Shown here piece by piece: positions 60,814-64,000 of a DNA stretch of 64,000 nucleotides. The DNA is from an uncultured Verrucomicrobiae bacterium (GTDB taxonomy: Bacteria; Verrucomicrobiota; Verrucomicrobiia; Chthoniobacterales; JAFAMB01). The stretch's first letter is position 1. The number at the start of each line of letters is the position of its first letter. A model generated the notes under the pieces. The model was given only the letters and a program-made list of their open reading frames with translations, was not told where the DNA came from and did not search any database. A program made the translations under genes and the position numbers. The stretch lies in assembly GCA_963813025.1 (NCBI GenBank), contig CAWEXO010000004.1, forward strand, positions 1 to 64,000, written 5' to 3'.

Positions 60814-63800
60814 TCAGAAACTGAAGCTCAAGGTGCCGGTCACGCCATTGGAATAAAAATGGTCGCGCCCGAGTTGGCCCTGGTAGCCAATGTAGGTCGA
60901 AATCCTCTGCGTCCACTGCACCCCAACGCCGCTGTTGAGAATCGCGCTATCATGCCCTACGCGCGGGCCAAAGAGGGTTGTGGTTGCTCCACCAAAGTTC
61001 GGCGCCGTAACCGTGATCGGCAGCGCGGTATACTTATACTCGTGTTCCCACGCGGCGCTGATTGTCGGATAGAAGGTAAAATGCCCCAGCTTGACCGTGT
61101 GGGTAAGTTGCAGCCCTAAGTCGCTGCGTAGGGATTCTTCCGAATCTTCGTGAATCTGGAGCGGTATCAGGGAGCCTCGCTCCGTATACCCCCGGATGTT
61201 GACATTGGTGTATTGCACCGAGGCCAGCGGGCCGAAGGTAATAGCCCCCCAATGGAAGTTATATCCGGTGGACGCAAATAAACTGTATTGCTCCCCGTCC
61301 GAAGATCCGCTCGCATCACCCAGAATCGCCTGTCTGCGCGTGTCGTAGGAGTTATAGCCCCCAGTCGCCCCGAACCCGAAATAGAAATTTCGGTCAAAAT
61401 AGATTCCATACAAGCCGCCAAAGCCGCTGTCGACATCGGCGTGCCCGGTTGGATTCAGGTGGGTCCAAGTATGCGCATAGCCGCCTACCACCCCAAGAGC
61501 GAAATGCTCGGTGATTCGGTAGTCGAGTCCGACGGTCACGCTGCCCGTGGTAAAATTATAGCCGCGGGCAAAAACCGCTGCGTCGTCCTCGACCGTAGCG
61601 AAGGTTCCACCGCCGTTGACCCAGACACCCCAGCGATTCTCCGGGGTTGGCTGCAGTATAGGTTGGACCGCTTCTTTTCCCCCCTTGCCTTCGCTGATCA
61701 CATTCTTCCCGCTGGGCGCGATCGGAGCCTGATTGTAAGTGACGTTTGAGGTGAATCCAGTAGCACCCTGCTGGATCGCGGCGAAGCGATCGAACAGATT
61801 AAACCTCTGCACGTTCGCCCCTGTAAAACTGATCTCGTAGAGAGAAGTTAATTGCGTCACGGTCGGATCGAGGATCGCAATCAGCCCGGAAAATGGTTTT
61901 TCCGGATCAATGGGCGGAAGAGGCTCAGGAGTTATGATATCGATCGGTGGTTTCGGAGGTGGAGTCGGGCTTGGCTGCGGAGTTGGGCTCGGCTGTGGAG
62001 TCGGGCTCGGCTGTGGAGTCGGGCTCGGCTGTGGAGTCGGGCTCGGACTGGGCTGGACGGTCGGTCCGACGTAAGCCAGAACCACGGCGTTCGGCGCATA
62101 GATATTCACCCGGGTGAGTTCCGGGTTATTATTAAGCGTATCATTCACCCGGGCGAATGTGCCGCTGCGATCGTTGCGATCACTGTGGATGATCTCGAAG
62201 GCGTTGCCACTGACCGGCCGGAAGCCGCCCAGTGAACCCACATTCAAGTTCCCGTTGACAGCAACGCTGCCGTGCACATTGAGGTGATCGAACTGTTCTC
62301 CGTTGAGCCCGCCGATGAGCAACGAGAGTATTGCATGAGGGCCTTGCGTGTAGTTGCCCCCGATGTTGACGGCGAGCGGAATGCCGGTCTCAAGGCTGGT
62401 GGTACGAAGGACGGCGCTGTTGTTGAGAAAGACATTGCTTGTTCCAAACGCGAACGAGGTCTGGTCCGACTCAGCCGATTCGGAACCGCTGCCCGGCGGC
62501 ACATTTGTTCCGGCGATAAAGGTCCCTTCGTTGATAAAGGTACTGCCGCTGTAACTATTATGCGCCAGGACAGTGAGCGCGCCGGCCCCGAGTTTGGTGA
62601 CGTTCCCGGTTCCGCTGATATTGCCGGCAAAAGTGCCGTCATTCGCCTGATTAAAAACCAGCGATGCGTTGTCGATGATGTTACCCCGAAGGCTGGTAGT
62701 ATTACCGGCAAGGGCCCCTTGCTCGATGAGCGTGCCACCGCTGTAGGTGTTCGCTCCTGACAGATTCAAAACGCCATTGCCGGTTTTTGTGAGCGAACCA
62801 GGGCCGGTAATTGCGCCCATAGCCGTTGAGTCGAACCCGTTCGTATCGATCGTGCCGCCCAGCGGGTTCAGCAGAATCGGGCGATTCGTGGTGATAGAAC
62901 CAAGCGTCTGTAGGGTGCCTCCGTTAAAAGCTAATCGGGCGCCGCTCGCACCCAGGTTCTGATCCGAATCGATGGCAAGGGTTCCGCCGTCGATGTTTGT
63001 CCCCCCACTGTAGGTGTTGTCGCCGGTGAGGGTTGTGGTGCCGGAACCGACTTGAGTCAGGCTGCCGGCGCCCGAGATTACTCCGGGCAGGGTAATTTCG
63101 TTGCTGCGGTCGACCACTAGGGCTGTGTTGTCTATGACATTGCCGACAATGCCGCCGGTCGTGCCGCCGTTGCCCAACCGGAGTATGCCGGCCGAGATGG
63201 TTGTGTTACCGGTATAGGTATTATCGCCCGTGAGAGTCGTCGTTCCGGGACCGACTTGAGCCAGGGTGCCGGTGCCCGAGATTACTCCGGCCAGGGTGAC
63301 CGCGTCGCTGCGATTGACCACTAAGGCGGCATCATCGGTAATGTCCCCGACAATGCTGCCGGTGGTGCCCCCATTTCCCAACTGGAGCGTACCATGCGAG
63401 ATGGTTGTGCCACCGGTGTAGGTGTTATCGGCAGTAAAGATTGTGGTGCCGGACCCAATCTGAGTTACGGCGCCATTACCTGAAATCACGCCGGGGAAGA
63501 TCACCTCATCGCTGCGATCAAAACTCAAGGTCCCATCGTCGGTGACGTTGCCGACAATGCTGCCGGTCGTGCCGCCGGCGCCCAATTGAAGCGTGCCGGC
63601 CGAGATGGTTGTGCCACCACTGTAGGTGTTGGCATTAGTAAAGATTGTGGTGCCAGTCCCAGTCTGGGTTACCGCCCCAGTACCTGAAATCACGCCTGGG
63701 AAGGTCACCAGATCGCTGTGGTCAAAACTCAAGGTCCCAGTGTCGGTGACATTGCCGACAATGCTGCCGGTCGTCCCCCCATTGCCCAATTGGAGCGTGC

Positions 63801-64000
63801 CGGCTAAGATGGTCGTGCCGCCGGTGTAGGTGTTATTGCCCGTGAGGGTCGTTGTGCCGGTCCCGGCTTGAGTCAGGCTGCCGGTGCCCGAGATTACTCC
63901 AGGCAGAGTGACTGCATTGCTGCGATCGACCACTAAGGCGGCGTTATCGGTGACATTGCCGATAATGCTCCCGGAAGTACCGCCGTTGCCTAATTGAAGC
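60814..64000 (-). CDS. Autotransporter with passenger-associated repeats (5' end outside the window)
   Basis: Repeated GTGTTTLTG.NTY.GGTTI..GTLQLG units, Pro-rich linker, beta-barrel ending LSFSF; frame open to the window edge. Confidence 0.95.
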   Translation of the reverse strand, partial: LQLGNGGTSGSIIGNVTDNAALVVDRSNAVTLPGVISGTGSLTQAGTGTTTLTGNNTYTGGTTILAGTLQLGNGGTTGSIVGNVTDTGTLSFDHSDLVTFPGVISGTGAVTQTGTGTTIFTNANTYSGGTTISAGTLQLGAGGTTGSIVGNVTDDGTLSFDRSDEVIFPGVISGNGAVTQIGSGTTIFTADNTYTGGTTISHGTLQLGNGGTTGSIVGDITDDAALVVNRSDAVTLAGVISGTGTLAQVGPGTTTLTGDNTYTGNTTISAGILRLGNGGTTGGIVGNVIDNTALVVDRSNEITLPGVISGAGSLTQVGSGTTTLTGDNTYSGGTNIDGGTLAIDSDQNLGASGARLAFNGGTLQTLGSITTNRPILLNPLGGTIDTNGFDSTAMGAITGPGSLTKTGNGVLNLSGANTYSGGTLIEQGALAGNTTSLRGNIIDNASLVFNQANDGTFAGNISGTGNVTKLGAGALTVLAHNSYSGSTFINEGTFIAGTNVPPGSGSESAESDQTSFAFGTSNVFLNNSAVLRTTSLETGIPLAVNIGGNYTQGPHAILSLLIGGLNGEQFDHLNVHGSVAVNGNLNVGSLGGFRPVSGNAFEIIHSDRNDRSGTFARVNDTLNNNPELTRVNIYAPNAVVLAYVGPTVQPSPSPTPQPSPTPQPSPTPQPSPTPQPSPTPPPKPPIDIITPEPLPPIDPEKPFSGLIAILDPTVTQLTSLYEISFTGANVQRFNLFDRFAAIQQGATGFTSNVTYNQAPIAPSGKNVISEGKGGKEAVQPILQPTPENRWGVWVNGGGTFATVEDDAAVFARGYNFTTGSVTVGLDYRITEHFALGVVGGYAHTWTHLNPTGHADVDSGFGGLYGIYFDRNFYFGFGATGGYNSYDTRRQAILGDASGSSDGEQYSLFASTGYNFHWGAITFGPLASVQYTNVNIRGYTERGSLIPLQIHEDSEESLRSDLGLQLTHTVKLGHFTFYPTISAAWEHEYKYTALPITVTAPNFGGATTTLFGPRVGHDSAILNSGVGVQWTQRISTYIGYQGQLGRDHFYSNGVTGTLSFSF
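61958..62056 (-). repeat. 18-bp tandem repeat encoding a (PSPTPQ)n linker
   Basis: GGAGTCGGGCTCGGCTGT repeated on the plus strand. Confidence 0.9.

Noticed and set aside
1..64000. tRNA, rRNA, riboswitch, integrase/prophage or RAYT genes
   Set aside because: None recognised by eye; a covariance-model or HMM scan would be needed to exclude them formally.

Overview
Moderately GC-rich bacterial chromosomal accessory region. It holds a large surface-glycan locus (GDP-D-glycero-alpha-D-manno-heptose pathway: hddA, hddC, gmhA, gmhB and a transaldolase, plus epimerases, oxidoreductases, a GtrB-like GT2 and GT-C-like membrane proteins) interrupted by a cyclic beta-1,2-glucan synthase-like gene and an ABC exporter. 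It also holds a PotABCD-like ABC importer, xylulokinase, a phosphofructokinase, an NCS2 permease, a P-loop NTPase-TPR protein, several intact or broken toxin-antitoxin genes and the 3' part of an autotransporter gene. The most striking signal is non-coding: a palindromic GTAG-REP/MITE-like repeat (GGTAGGGCGAAAATT...AATTTTCGCCCTACC, about 14 copies) fills many intergenic gaps, and two unrelated IS110 elements have each inserted into its terminal motif TTTTCGCCCTACC. For both elements, guide-like segments matching that motif can be read directly inside stem-loops of their upstream non-coding ends (bridge RNAs). One element is IS621-like (CT core, donor ACCGTAT-CT-TGTAC, circle-junction promoter). 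The other shows no clear core shared between target and donor. An orphan copy of the second bridge RNA and an IS256 nested in the same repeat copy are also present. Several single-base frameshifts may be real decay or assembly errors. All RNA structures were read by eye, not computed.
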